This document shows, in pieces, positions 19,788 through 29,180 of a stretch of DNA of 64,000 nt. Positions within the stretch are counted from its first letter, which is position 1. Every line of letters starts with the position of its first letter. Below the pieces are notes generated by a model. It was given only the letters and a program-made list of their open reading frames with translations. It ran no database searches and had not been told where the DNA came from. This DNA is from Planctomycetota bacterium. Its GTDB lineage: Bacteria > Planctomycetota > UBA1135 > UBA2386. The DNA is taken from NCBI GenBank assembly GCA_965228735.1, contig OZ245838.1, positions 4,896,001 through 4,960,000 on the forward strand, read 5' to 3'. A program made the position numbers and the translations under genes.

Positions 19788-19892
19788 GCGATACCGTACG
19801 GAACCAGGTTCATGCTGCCGGCCGCGGTTGCGCTGCTTCGAGGGCGGCGTTCCGGCGGCCGGCAGCATGAACCTGGTTCCGTACGGTATCGC
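19788..19892. repeat. 38-bp perfect inverted repeat with 29-nt spacer (MITE/REPIN-like)
   Basis: GCGATACCGTACGGAACCAGGTTCATGCTGCCGGCCGC at 19788-19825 and its exact reverse complement at 19855-19892. Confidence 0.9.
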
Positions 19893-20282
19893 TCACCCCC
19901 AGCTGTCCGTCGGGCCGAGGCGGGTGAGCAGCGAGCCGCCGACGTGGCCGCTGACGACTCCGAGGGCCGACAGGCCGGCGATCGCGCTCATCGCGGCGTC
20001 GTTCGGCCAGAGCATGAGGTGGTGGGTCAGCAGGTAGACCAGGCCGATGAACAGGAGTTCACAGACCTGGGACACGAGGCCGTGGCGCCAGCTCGTGAGG
20101 ATCTTCAGCGCCTGCCCGAGCAGGTCGCCCGCGAGCACGCCGGTGAGGAGTGCCCGACCGAAGTCGTAGTTGTCGGCGATCGCGAAGAGGACGAGGTAGC
20201 CGGCGGCGCGCAGGACGAGCCCGCCGTAATGGAACGCGGCCTCGACGTGGTCCATCTCGCTGGTGCGATCGAGCGAAGTCAC
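19893..20282 (-). CDS. Small multi-pass membrane protein
   Basis: About 4 hydrophobic segments; start GTG 20282 or ATG 20255. Confidence 0.6.
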   Translation of the reverse strand: MTSLDRTSEMDHVEAAFHYGGLVLRAAGYLVLFAIADNYDFGRALLTGVLAGDLLGQALKILTSWRHGLVSQVCELLFIGLVYLLTHHLMLWPNDAAMSAIAGLSALGVVSGHVGGSLLTRLGPTDSWG

Positions 20283-20338
20283 GGATGGGACATCGACGCG
20301 GTGTCCCGGGCCGTGAAGTCGGATATGGTCCTGTCTCG

Positions 20339-21145
20339 ATGCGAGGCACACTGGTCCTGGTCACGCTGCTCTCGGGCTGCATCGGGTTTCACCCGCGCAA
20401 CCCATCCTGGCGGGAGGCGAAGTCCGACGCGGCGGCCGGATCGGCCGCTGCCGCGGGCGGTTCGGGGGCGGCAGATGCGGCAGCCGCCGCGCCGTTCGAG
20501 CCCGATTGGCGCACGATCGGCTACAGCCGTGACAAGCGCCCGCTGCGGCTCGCCCGGCTCGGCAACGGCCCGCGCGTCGTGCTCTGGGTCGGCGGCATCC
20601 ACGGCAACGAACGCGAGGGTCGCATCAGCACGAAGGAACTGCCCGAGACGTTCCTCGAGGTGGCCGGCGCGCCCGACGAGGTGACGCTGCTCATCCTCGA
20701 GGACCTCAACCCCGATGGCACGGCGCGCAACACGCGCGGCAACGCGCGCGGTGTCGACCTCAACCGCAACTACCCCGCGGAGAACTTCAAGCCGAGCCGG
20801 TTCTACGGCTTCGAGCCGCTCGACCAGCCCGAGGCGCGCGTCATGCACGATCTCGTGCTGCGTGAGCGCCCGGACCTCGTCATCGTCGCGCACAGCTGGC
20901 GCAACGACCACTTCATCAACTACGACGGGCCGGCGCGCCACCTCGCCGAACGGTTCTCGCAACTGTCCGGCTACCGCGTCAAGGCGTCGGACACGTTCTC
21001 GCCGACGCCGGGCTCGCTCGGCTCGTGGATCGGCAACACGCTTCAGATCCCGATCCTGACGCTCGAGTACGAGCGCGGCAAGGACCCGTGGGTCGCCTGG
21101 AACGAGACGCGTGACGCGATCCTGTCGGTGATCCGCACCGGGTAG
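20339..21145 (+). CDS. M14 zinc carboxypeptidase, MpaA-like, with lipoprotein signal
   Basis: GGIHGNE, NPDG, RGNARGVDLNRNY, QPE, TPGSLGSW and TLE motifs; LLSGC lipobox. Confidence 0.85.
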   Translation: MRGTLVLVTLLSGCIGFHPRNPSWREAKSDAAAGSAAAAGGSGAADAAAAAPFEPDWRTIGYSRDKRPLRLARLGNGPRVVLWVGGIHGNEREGRISTKELPETFLEVAGAPDEVTLLILEDLNPDGTARNTRGNARGVDLNRNYPAENFKPSRFYGFEPLDQPEARVMHDLVLRERPDLVIVAHSWRNDHFINYDGPARHLAERFSQLSGYRVKASDTFSPTPGSLGSWIGNTLQIPILTLEYERGKDPWVAWNETRDAILSVIRTG

Positions 21146-21148
21146 CCG

Positions 21149-22165
21149 ATGCTGCGCTGGCTCGTGCTGCGCCTGCTGTGGGTGCCGGTGACGCTGCTCG
21201 GCATCACGTTCGTCACGTTCGCAGCGCTGCACTTCGCGCCCGTCGATCGCGCGGAGCTCGAGGTCGCCCGGCGCGAACAGAACAGCTCGTTCTCCAACCT
21301 GCAGGACCGCGAACGCGCGATCCAGCTGCTGCGCCTGCAGCACGGTCTCGTCGATCCGGACACGCTCGAACCCGTGCCGCTGTGGCGCGGCTACTCGCGC
21401 TGGCTCGGGAACGCGCTCACGATGCGCTTCGCCGGCCCCGGCACGAGCGACGCGGCGTTCTGGCAACGGTTCGGTCGCGCCTTGCCGGTCTCGCTCTGGC
21501 TCGGCGGCCTCGCGCTCCTGCTCGCGGTGCTCGTCGGCGTGCCCCTTGGCGCGTATGTCGGCATGCGCGCCGGCTCGGGCGCGGACCGCGCGGCTTCGCA
21601 GCTGATGTTCGTCGTCATCGGCCTGCCGGAGTTCCTGCTCGCGACGCTGTTGCTGCTCGGCTTCGCCGGCGCGTGGCTCTCGTGGTTCCCGTCGACCGGT
21701 CTCACGTCATCGGGCGCGGCCGACTGGTCGTTCGGCGCCCGGCTGGCCGACTTCGCCTGGCACCTCGTCCTGCCGGTGCTCGTGATGGCGAGCAGCCCGC
21801 TCGTTCTGATCGCGCGCTTCCTGCGCGACTCGGTCGCGCGCGAAGCGGCGAGCTCGGCGGCCGTGTACGCGCGGGCGATCGGGCTCGAGCCGGCGGTGCG
21901 CCGCTGGCGCCTCGTGCGCGCGGGTGGCGCGCCGCTCGCGACGCTCGCCGGCACGCTGCTGCCGATGCTGGTCGGCGGTTCGATCGTCGTCGAGAACCTG
22001 TTCGCGCTCGACGGTCTCGGTCACCTCGCGTTCGAAGCCGTCGAGGACCAGGACCAGGGCATGGTCATGGCGCTCGTTCTGCTGACGTCGACGACGACGC
22101 TCGTCGCGCTCGTCGTCTCGGACGTGCTGCACCGGCTCGTCGACCCGCGCGTGAGGGTGGCGTGA
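21149..22165 (+). CDS. Peptide ABC transporter permease (OppB/DppB family)
   Basis: HLVLPV, GGSIVVENLF..GLG and C-terminal LVDPRVR. Confidence 0.9.
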   Translation: MLRWLVLRLLWVPVTLLGITFVTFAALHFAPVDRAELEVARREQNSSFSNLQDRERAIQLLRLQHGLVDPDTLEPVPLWRGYSRWLGNALTMRFAGPGTSDAAFWQRFGRALPVSLWLGGLALLLAVLVGVPLGAYVGMRAGSGADRAASQLMFVVIGLPEFLLATLLLLGFAGAWLSWFPSTGLTSSGAADWSFGARLADFAWHLVLPVLVMASSPLVLIARFLRDSVAREAASSAAVYARAIGLEPAVRRWRLVRAGGAPLATLAGTLLPMLVGGSIVVENLFALDGLGHLAFEAVEDQDQGMVMALVLLTSTTTLVALVVSDVLHRLVDPRVRVA

Positions 22166-23148
22166 CGTCGTCCGGGAACGAACGGCGACGCTGCCGATGG
22201 CTGCGCGCGTTTCGCCGCCCGGTCGTTTGGTTCGCGACCATCTTCATCGTCGTGGGCGCGCTCGCGCCGTTCCTCGCGAACGACGTGCCGCTCATCGCGC
22301 GCGTGGACGGAGAGTGGTCGGCGCCCGCGTTCGTCGACAGCGTCGGCGGCGTCGTGCCTGGCCCGCACGACCTGTCGTGGAAGCAGTTCTGGTCCCGGCT
22401 CGGCCCCGAGTCCGAAGACCTCGCGTGGATGCCGCCGTGGCCGTATGGCCCGACCGAGACGGACGTGAGCCGCCAGGGCTCGGCACCGTCGCTGTCCCAT
22501 CCCTTCGGTTGTGACTCCGCGGGTCGCGACATACTCGCCCGACTCGTGCACGGCACGCAGAGCGCCGTGTTCCTCGGCGGCCTCGCCGTCCTGCTCGCCG
22601 CGTTCGTCGGCATCACCCTCGGCGGCCTCGCGGGCTACCGCCGCGGCATCGTCGACGTCGTCGTGTTGCGCCTCATCGAGGTGTTCGTCTGCTTCCCCGC
22701 GCTTTTGTTCCTGCTGTTCGCGTCGTCGTTCTTCGGCGACTCGACGACCGGACTCGTGCTCGTCATGGCCGCGCTGTTCTGGCCCAGCTTCGCCCGCATC
22801 GTGCGCGGCGAACTGCTCTCGCTGCGCGAGCGTGATTTCGTGCTCGTCGCGCGCGGCCTCGGTGTCCCCGAGCACCGCATCCTCTGGCGGCACCTCCTGC
22901 CGCAGCTGCTCGGCCAGATCGGCGTCACCGCCGCGTTCTGCATGGCCGCCGCGATCGTCGCGGAGTCGACGCTCTCGTTCCTCGGCCTCGGCTCGACGCG
23001 AGCGGTCGCGTCGTGGGGCGACATGCTGCAGGAAGGCAGCGGTGCGGCCCACCTCGGCGGCTGGCACCAGTGGTTCTTCCCGGCGTTGACGATCGTGACG
23101 GCGGTGACGACGTGTCATGTGCTGGCGGATCGGCTGCGGCGCGCCTGA
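22162..23148 (+). CDS. Peptide ABC transporter permease (OppC/DppC family)
   Basis: HPFGCDSAGRDILARLVHG, ARIVRGE and ESTLSFLGLG; GTGA overlap with the preceding gene. Confidence 0.9.
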   Translation: MTSSGNERRRCRWLRAFRRPVVWFATIFIVVGALAPFLANDVPLIARVDGEWSAPAFVDSVGGVVPGPHDLSWKQFWSRLGPESEDLAWMPPWPYGPTETDVSRQGSAPSLSHPFGCDSAGRDILARLVHGTQSAVFLGGLAVLLAAFVGITLGGLAGYRRGIVDVVVLRLIEVFVCFPALLFLLFASSFFGDSTTGLVLVMAALFWPSFARIVRGELLSLRERDFVLVARGLGVPEHRILWRHLLPQLLGQIGVTAAFCMAAAIVAESTLSFLGLGSTRAVASWGDMLQEGSGAAHLGGWHQWFFPALTIVTAVTTCHVLADRLRRA

Positions 23149-23149
23149 A

Positions 23150-23254
23150 TCGCACGGTCACAAGGTGTATCGCAAGGCGATTCATCGCGCATGCGACCGG
23201 GCCGGGGTGCCGCGCTGGTCGCTGCATCGGCTGCGCCATGCCGCCGGCACGCGA
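23150..23254 (+). pseudogene. Tyrosine recombinase/integrase C-terminal remnant
   Basis: YRKAIHRACDRAGVPRWSLHRLRHAAGTR matches box II (HxLRH); no N-terminus and no catalytic Tyr segment. Confidence 0.7.
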
Positions 23255-23854
23255 GGCACCACAAAGAGCCCCAGGCCGGGGCCGATTCCCGGCCATGGTG
23301 ATATGTCCCGTTCTCCCAACGGCTCTGGACACTCGTCCGGTCCGGGTTAGCGTCCCGATCGTGCGGCAACTCTTCTCGAACGCCAACCTCGTCACCATGC
23401 CGCAATGGGGTGACACCTTCACTTGATCGACCGGAGCCTCGTTGGCGGTAGCACGGTCGTGCAGCATCTACACCTGAGTGCAGATTGCAGAGCGTGGCGT
23501 CCGTCGACGAAGTCGACCCAAGACACCACCCGATGGAAGATCCACACCTGACCGGCGCAGCAGCCGTTACCGGTAGAGTCGCTGCCCGCATCGCCGGAAC
23601 CGTGCGGCCCCGAAGAGCCCGGCCCCGAAGAGTCAGGCGCGCAGCGATCACGCCATGGCAGCGACTCGGCGGCACTGCACGGAGTACCCCGACTGGATCC
23701 TGCCGCCCTGGGCCGGGCTCGGCGACTCCCACCCCCGACACACGCTGGCAGAACGACGGCATGTAGCCCCGCGTCTGCCGCGCCATCAAGTCGTTCGTGT
23801 GCGGACTGCGCGCGAGCGAAGCCCACTCCCTTCTCCTCCTCGCTACGACCGAAG

Positions 23855-25195
23855 ATGAACCGACCCGCAACCTCGGCGGCCCAGCTGTTGGCTGGCGTGA
23901 CCGCCCTCGCTCTCTCCTGCTCGACGCTGCAGGCGCAAGACCCGCAGAAGGGGCCCTTCCGGATCGACGAGTGGCTCGGCACTCCGGACTCCATCCGCTT
24001 CAGCGGCCAGGAGCGGATCCGCTACGAGGGTCTCGACGGCCAGTTCCGTGCCGGCGGAACGCGCAACACGGAGGACCAGGTCTTCTCGCGCCTGCTCCTG
24101 CGTGGCGACTACACGCGCGGCGACTGGGGCGTGACCGTCGAAGGTATCGATGCCCGCGCCTGGGGCACCAAGGCCAACTCGTTCGCCAACACGACGACGG
24201 TCAACACGTTCGACGTGCTGCAGGCCAACGTGCATTGGCAACTGGGTGAAGGCCACAGCGTCACGCTGGGTCGCTACACGATGGACATCGGCAGCCGCCG
24301 CCTGAGCGCCCGCAACCGCTACCGCAACACGATCAACTCGTTCAACGGCGTGCGCTGGGACTACAAGGGTGAAGGCGACTACGAAGCCGGCGCGTTCTGG
24401 AACACGCCGACGAACCGCCGCCCGGGCAACCGCGCGCTGCTCGTCGACAACGAGCACGACTTCGACAACCAGTCGATCGACTTCCAGTTCTACGGCGCCC
24501 ACGCGACGCAGAAGATCGACGAGCGCGCCACCGCCCAGGTCTATCTGCTCGGTCTCAACGACCACCGTGTCGGCAGCACCTCACGCGACCTCGGCACCGT
24601 TGGCTTCCGCTACCTGGTGCCAGCCGCTCCGGGCGAGATCTTCGGCGAGGCCGAAATCGCCTACCAGTTCGGCGGTCGCGGCACGACCGACGTGTCGGCC
24701 TACTTCGCGCACGGCTCGATCGGCAGGCAGTGGGACGTCGCGATGAAGCCCAAGCTGCGCTTCGCGCTCGATGTCGCGAGCGGCAACGACACCGGCGATC
24801 CGGACTGGAACCGCTTCGACACGCTGTTCGGGGCGCGCCGCTTCGAGTACGGCCCGACCGGCATCTACGGCGCCATTGGCCGGCGCAACATCGTTTCGCC
24901 CGAAGTTCGCGTATCCTTCAAGCCGGTGCAGGACCTGACCGTCATGGTCGCGGCTCGTACCCTGCGCCTCAACTCGGCAGCCGACGGCTGGCGTGAGGCC
25001 GGCGACACCACGGGCACCGGCGGCGACGTCGGCGACCAGGTCGAGTGCCGCGTGCGCTGGGACGTTGCGCCGAAGAGCGTGCGCCTCGAAGGCGGCGCCG
25101 TCTACTTCAGCGGCGACACCTTCCGCGAGACCTCGACGCTCGGCCGCCGAGCGGACACCAACTACTTCTACTTCCAGGCCATCTGGACCTTCTGA
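23855..25195 (+). CDS. Alginate-export (AlgE-like) outer-membrane beta-barrel
   Basis: Signal peptide; RIRYE, RYRNTINSFNG and RFDTLFGARRFEYGPTGIYG; C-terminal WTF. Confidence 0.85.
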   Translation: MNRPATSAAQLLAGVTALALSCSTLQAQDPQKGPFRIDEWLGTPDSIRFSGQERIRYEGLDGQFRAGGTRNTEDQVFSRLLLRGDYTRGDWGVTVEGIDARAWGTKANSFANTTTVNTFDVLQANVHWQLGEGHSVTLGRYTMDIGSRRLSARNRYRNTINSFNGVRWDYKGEGDYEAGAFWNTPTNRRPGNRALLVDNEHDFDNQSIDFQFYGAHATQKIDERATAQVYLLGLNDHRVGSTSRDLGTVGFRYLVPAAPGEIFGEAEIAYQFGGRGTTDVSAYFAHGSIGRQWDVAMKPKLRFALDVASGNDTGDPDWNRFDTLFGARRFEYGPTGIYGAIGRRNIVSPEVRVSFKPVQDLTVMVAARTLRLNSAADGWREAGDTTGTGGDVGDQVECRVRWDVAPKSVRLEGGAVYFSGDTFRETSTLGRRADTNYFYFQAIWTF

Positions 25196-25253
25196 GCAGG
25201 ATCGCTCGCTTCGCGAGCAACCTGCTCTTGACGACGCCTGGCGCCTTCGGCGC
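25194..25253. terminator. Two TTC-loop hairpins in a convergent intergenic region
   Basis: GAGCAGG..GCTCGC-TTC-GCGAGC..CCTGCTC followed by GCGCC-TTC-GGCGC. Confidence 0.5.
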
Positions 25254-25309
25254 TCCGCTCAGGTGCCAGCACGGTTCATCGCAGCGGCCTCAGCTCGGGG
25301 GTCGTGGGC

Positions 25310-25768
25310 TCAGATCAACTTGCTTGGCCCCGACGCGTTCGCGCGCCGCGTCAGCCATCGGCTGATGGGCCGCAGCACGACCAGGACGACCAGCGCGGCG
25401 CAGCCAGCTGCCGCGGACAAGGCCCACTCACCGAGTCCGGCTGCCGTCCCCATGGCGGCGGCCACCCAGATCGAGCCAGCCGTCGTCAGACCACGAACGG
25501 TCGAGTCCTGGCCGGAGCGCATGATCGCTCCGGCGCCGATGAAGCCGACACCGGCCGCAACGCCCTGCACGACTCGCGAGACGTCCGTCGGGTCTTCGTT
25601 CCCGGTTGCCGCCAGACCGGCGAGCGTAAAAACGGCAGCCCCCAACGAAACGAGCACGTGAGTGCGCAGACCTGCCGCCTGCCCAGCCAGCTGTCGTTCC
25701 ACGCCGATTACGGCGCCAAGAACGAGGGCCATCGCCAAGCGCATGAGATCGATCAAGAACGTCTCCAT
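25310..25768 (-). CDS. MgtC/SapB family membrane protein
   Basis: IGVERQ..AGLRTH, SRVVQGVAAGVGFIGAG and GLTTAGSIW. Confidence 0.92.
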   Translation of the reverse strand: METFLIDLMRLAMALVLGAVIGVERQLAGQAAGLRTHVLVSLGAAVFTLAGLAATGNEDPTDVSRVVQGVAAGVGFIGAGAIMRSGQDSTVRGLTTAGSIWVAAAMGTAAGLGEWALSAAAGCAALVVLVVLRPISRWLTRRANASGPSKLI

Positions 25769-25877
25769 GCAGCTCGCGAGCCTATCGTGGGGTCAACCCC
25801 CCGGCCATGCTCCGCCGGTCAACACCGGGATGCGACGACCAGCAGTGTGGGCGCCACTGCTACACTCGGACCCAGCG

Positions 25878-26447
25878 ATGGCCGATCACTCGGACGTTCG
25901 GATCGCGCAGCTGCTCGCCCGAGTGCGTGAAGGCGACGACGCGGCGCACCAGGAGCTCATGCCGCTGCTCTACGCGGACCTGCACGATCGCGCGGTCGCG
26001 ATCATGCGCAGCGAGCGGCGGGAGGTCACCTTGCAGCCAACGGCGCTCGTGCACGAGGCCTGGATGCGGCTGCAGCGCAGCCCCGGCAGCAACTGGGAGG
26101 ATCGGCGGGAGTTCATGCGGCTGGCCGGGCGCGTCATGCGAAACGTGCTCGTGGACCGCGCGAGGCGGCGACGCTCGACCGCCGAGGAGGTCGATGTCGA
26201 GGCTCTCGCGATTCCGATCGGGCCCGACGCTTCGGATCGCATCGACATGCTCGATCTGCAAGCGGCGCTCGAACGGCTCGCGGCCCGCGACGAGGAGCTC
26301 GAGGAGATCGTGAACATGCGATTCTTCGCGGGGCTCACCGTGCAGGAGACTGCGGCTGCGCTCGGCAAGTCGGCGTCGAGCGTGCATCGGGCGTGGGAGT
26401 TCGCGCGGACGTTCTTGTTGCGGGAGCTGCGACGTTCGGAGGAGTAG
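25878..26447 (+). CDS. ECF sigma factor, kinase-associated (TIGR02999/ECF43-like)
   Basis: TLQPTALVHEAW, MRNVLVDRAR and MRFFAGLTVQETA. Confidence 0.9.
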   Translation: MADHSDVRIAQLLARVREGDDAAHQELMPLLYADLHDRAVAIMRSERREVTLQPTALVHEAWMRLQRSPGSNWEDRREFMRLAGRVMRNVLVDRARRRRSTAEEVDVEALAIPIGPDASDRIDMLDLQAALERLAARDEELEEIVNMRFFAGLTVQETAAALGKSASSVHRAWEFARTFLLRELRRSEE

Positions 26448-26545
26448 TGCAGAAAGGCCGGAAAACGCGGAGCGGGCCTGCGCCTGCACATTATCGGGCA
26501 ATCCGCCGATCGGGCGCAGCTTGCTCGCGCGTCGCGATGTGAACG

Positions 26546-28954
26546 ATGGCAGAACCGTCTCCCAAAGCTGATTGGACCGCGGTTCGGACGTTGTTCGAGG
26601 AATGCCTCGAGCTCGACGCCGAGGCTCGCGTTCGCCTGCTGGCCGCGGCCGACGCCGCGGTTGCTACCGAGGTCGAAGCGCTGCTGCAGGAGCGGGTCGG
26701 GGCGGCCGGGCGAATGGACCCGGACGCATGCCACCGCGCACTGCTCGACGCAACGACGCAGGTCGTCGGGCGCGGCAGCCAGATCGGGCGTTATCGAATC
26801 GTCAGCGTGCTCGGGCACGGCGGTATGGGGACGGTCTACCTCGCCGAGCAGGACGAGCCGCGGCGTCGGGTGGCGCTCAAGCTGTTGGCGGCGACGGTCG
26901 CGGGTCAGGAGTCGGCTCAGCGATTCCGGCTCGAAGCGGAGCTGCTCGGGCGCCTCCGGCACCACGGCATCGCGCAGATCTACGAGGCGTCGGTGCACGA
27001 GGAGGTCACGTCGGTCGGGGTGATGCGGTGGCCGTTCTTCGCGATGGAGTACGTCGAAGGGGCGACGACGCTGGCATCCTGGGCGGCGGACCGCGAGCTC
27101 TCGACGCGCGCGAAGATCGAGGTCTTCTTGCAGGTCTGTGCTGCCGTGCAGCACGCCCACGAGCGGGGCATCGTGCATCGCGATCTGAAGCCGCAGAACG
27201 TGCTCCTCGACGCCGACGGCGCGGTCAAGGTCATCGACTTCGGGATTGCGCGCGCGTTCGGGGGTGAAGAGCACCTCGGGTCGTTGACCCAGACGGGCGA
27301 GCTCATCGGCACGCTCCACTACATGGCGCCTGAACAGGTCAGCGGCAACAACGCCGCGATCAACACCCGCACCGACGTGCACGCGCTCGGCGTCGTGCTC
27401 TACGAGCTCCTCGCGAATCGACTGCCGCTCGATCTGCGCGGGAAGACACTGCCGGAGGTCGGCCGGTGGATCGGCGAGGTCGAGCCGACGCCGCTGCGGC
27501 GCGCGATGCCCGCAGCCGACGCGGATCTCGAGTTGATCCTGGCCACGGCCATGGCGAAGGATCCGGGGCGTCGCTACGCGTCGGCTGGCTCGTTGGCGGA
27601 GGAACTGCAGCGCTACCTCGATCGCGAGCCGATCCGAGCGCGGCCGCCGAGTCTGCGCTACCAGCTGTGGATGTTTGCGCGGCGACGCCGTGGGCTCGTC
27701 GCGGCGGTCCTCGCGCTCCTCGTCGTTTCGACGGTCGGCGGGGTCACGAGTCTGTTCTACGCGTTTCGGGCGCACGAAGCCGAGCAGAAGGCCATCACCG
27801 AAGGCGATCAGAAGGTCGACGCCATGCGGCTCGTGTTCGACAAGGCGATCGAGCGCGTGCTCGACCTGCCGCGGCGCCTGCAGGGAGCCCCTGGCGCGAC
27901 GACACTGCAGCTCCAGGTCATCGGGGAGGCGGTCGAACAGCTCGAGTTCGTCGAGCAGAACGCGCCGTTGGATGACGGCATGCGGCTGTCGCTGGCGCGG
28001 GCCTACCTGGATCTCGGGGGTGTACAGGGTGCCAACTTCGGCGGCAACGACGGTGACCGCGAGGCGGCGGTGCGGAGCTTCGAGCGGGCGCGTTCGTACC
28101 TGGATCACGTGCTTGCGGATCAGTCGGATCACGTGGAGGCGTTGTTCTTGCTGTTCGACGTCGAGTCGGAGCTCGGCACGCTCGCGTTCAACGCCAATCG
28201 CCGGGATCCAGGCGCACAGGAGCGTTTTCGCGCCGCGGTGTCGGCGCTCGAGCGGCTGCGTCGGTGTGCGTCGGCTGCGGATCCGCGGCTCGCGAAGGCC
28301 GAGGCGTCGGTCCTGATTCAGCGCGGCCACAACGCGCTGAGCTCGATGGATGCGGCCACCGCGGTGAAGTTGTTCGCGGCAGCTCGGGAGTCGCAGGTTG
28401 CTGCGCTCGGCGACGCAGAACCCGATGAACCCATGCGGATCGGTTTGGCCGAGCTCTTCCGCGACACCGCGGTCGCGGAGATGTCGCGCGGCCGCCATGA
28501 AGAGTCGGCCGCGGCGTTCGAGCAGGCGATCGCGTTGCTGGCGTTCCTCGAGGATCGACCTCACGACTGGACGGAGCGGCGACTGCTCGCGACGATTCGT
28601 CAGCGCTACGGCTACCTGCTTGCGAGCAGCGGACGAGGCGAAGCGGGCGAGCGGCACATGCGCTGGGCTCTCGAAGAACTCGAGCGCCTCGCTCAGCTCG
28701 ACCCGGACAATGCACGCAGCGCGAACACGCTCGGTTCCGCGTGCCAGTACCTGGCCGACCACCTGGCGATCCAGGCCAAGTACGAACCGGACGCGACCCG
28801 TCGGATCGAGCTCTTCACCGAGGCTCGGAATCTCGCCTCTCGCGGCCTGCAGCTGGGGCGCGCCGGGCAGGAGCGCGCGCGCGACATGGTGAACACGCTC
28901 GTCGTCGCCGAGTGCGAACGCATTCTTGCCGTCTGCGACGACGCGCTGCGCTAG
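26546..28954 (+). CDS. Hanks-type Ser/Thr kinase with TM and TPR-like C-terminus
   Basis: LGHGGMGTVY, VALK, HRDLKPQN, DFG and GTLHYMAPEQ; TM after the kinase domain. Confidence 0.95.
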   Translation: MAEPSPKADWTAVRTLFEECLELDAEARVRLLAAADAAVATEVEALLQERVGAAGRMDPDACHRALLDATTQVVGRGSQIGRYRIVSVLGHGGMGTVYLAEQDEPRRRVALKLLAATVAGQESAQRFRLEAELLGRLRHHGIAQIYEASVHEEVTSVGVMRWPFFAMEYVEGATTLASWAADRELSTRAKIEVFLQVCAAVQHAHERGIVHRDLKPQNVLLDADGAVKVIDFGIARAFGGEEHLGSLTQTGELIGTLHYMAPEQVSGNNAAINTRTDVHALGVVLYELLANRLPLDLRGKTLPEVGRWIGEVEPTPLRRAMPAADADLELILATAMAKDPGRRYASAGSLAEELQRYLDREPIRARPPSLRYQLWMFARRRRGLVAAVLALLVVSTVGGVTSLFYAFRAHEAEQKAITEGDQKVDAMRLVFDKAIERVLDLPRRLQGAPGATTLQLQVIGEAVEQLEFVEQNAPLDDGMRLSLARAYLDLGGVQGANFGGNDGDREAAVRSFERARSYLDHVLADQSDHVEALFLLFDVESELGTLAFNANRRDPGAQERFRAAVSALERLRRCASAADPRLAKAEASVLIQRGHNALSSMDAATAVKLFAAARESQVAALGDAEPDEPMRIGLAELFRDTAVAEMSRGRHEESAAAFEQAIALLAFLEDRPHDWTERRLLATIRQRYGYLLASSGRGEAGERHMRWALEELERLAQLDPDNARSANTLGSACQYLADHLAIQAKYEPDATRRIELFTEARNLASRGLQLGRAGQERARDMVNTLVVAECERILAVCDDALR

Positions 28955-29180
28955 TGCAGCTGGCAGGGTGCGGTGGAAAGCGCTCTGTCCTGGGCGATTC
29001 CGAGCCGGCTCTACCGCGGACCGGAAGACTCGGACCCGGGCCTTCGCGACCGCCGGGAATCGGACGAATGCGAGCTTCCGACTTTCCACGGAATTCTCGG
29101 TGGCCGCACTACGCCAGGGGGGCAGTTCTCGGACCGATGCCCGAGCTCTTTCTTTCCCTTCCTCGAAACGAGTGTTCGCG

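Noticed and set aside
26445..28959. TAGTGCAG at the stops of both the ECF and kinase genes
   Set aside because: An 8-bp match with no extension is likely coincidental
25970..29089. Very long antisense ORFs (also 45238-48627, 29109-31553, 10849-12786, 32363-34186 and others)
   Set aside because: They shadow well-supported genes on the opposite strand and are Arg/Ala-rich without motifs, as expected at this GC content
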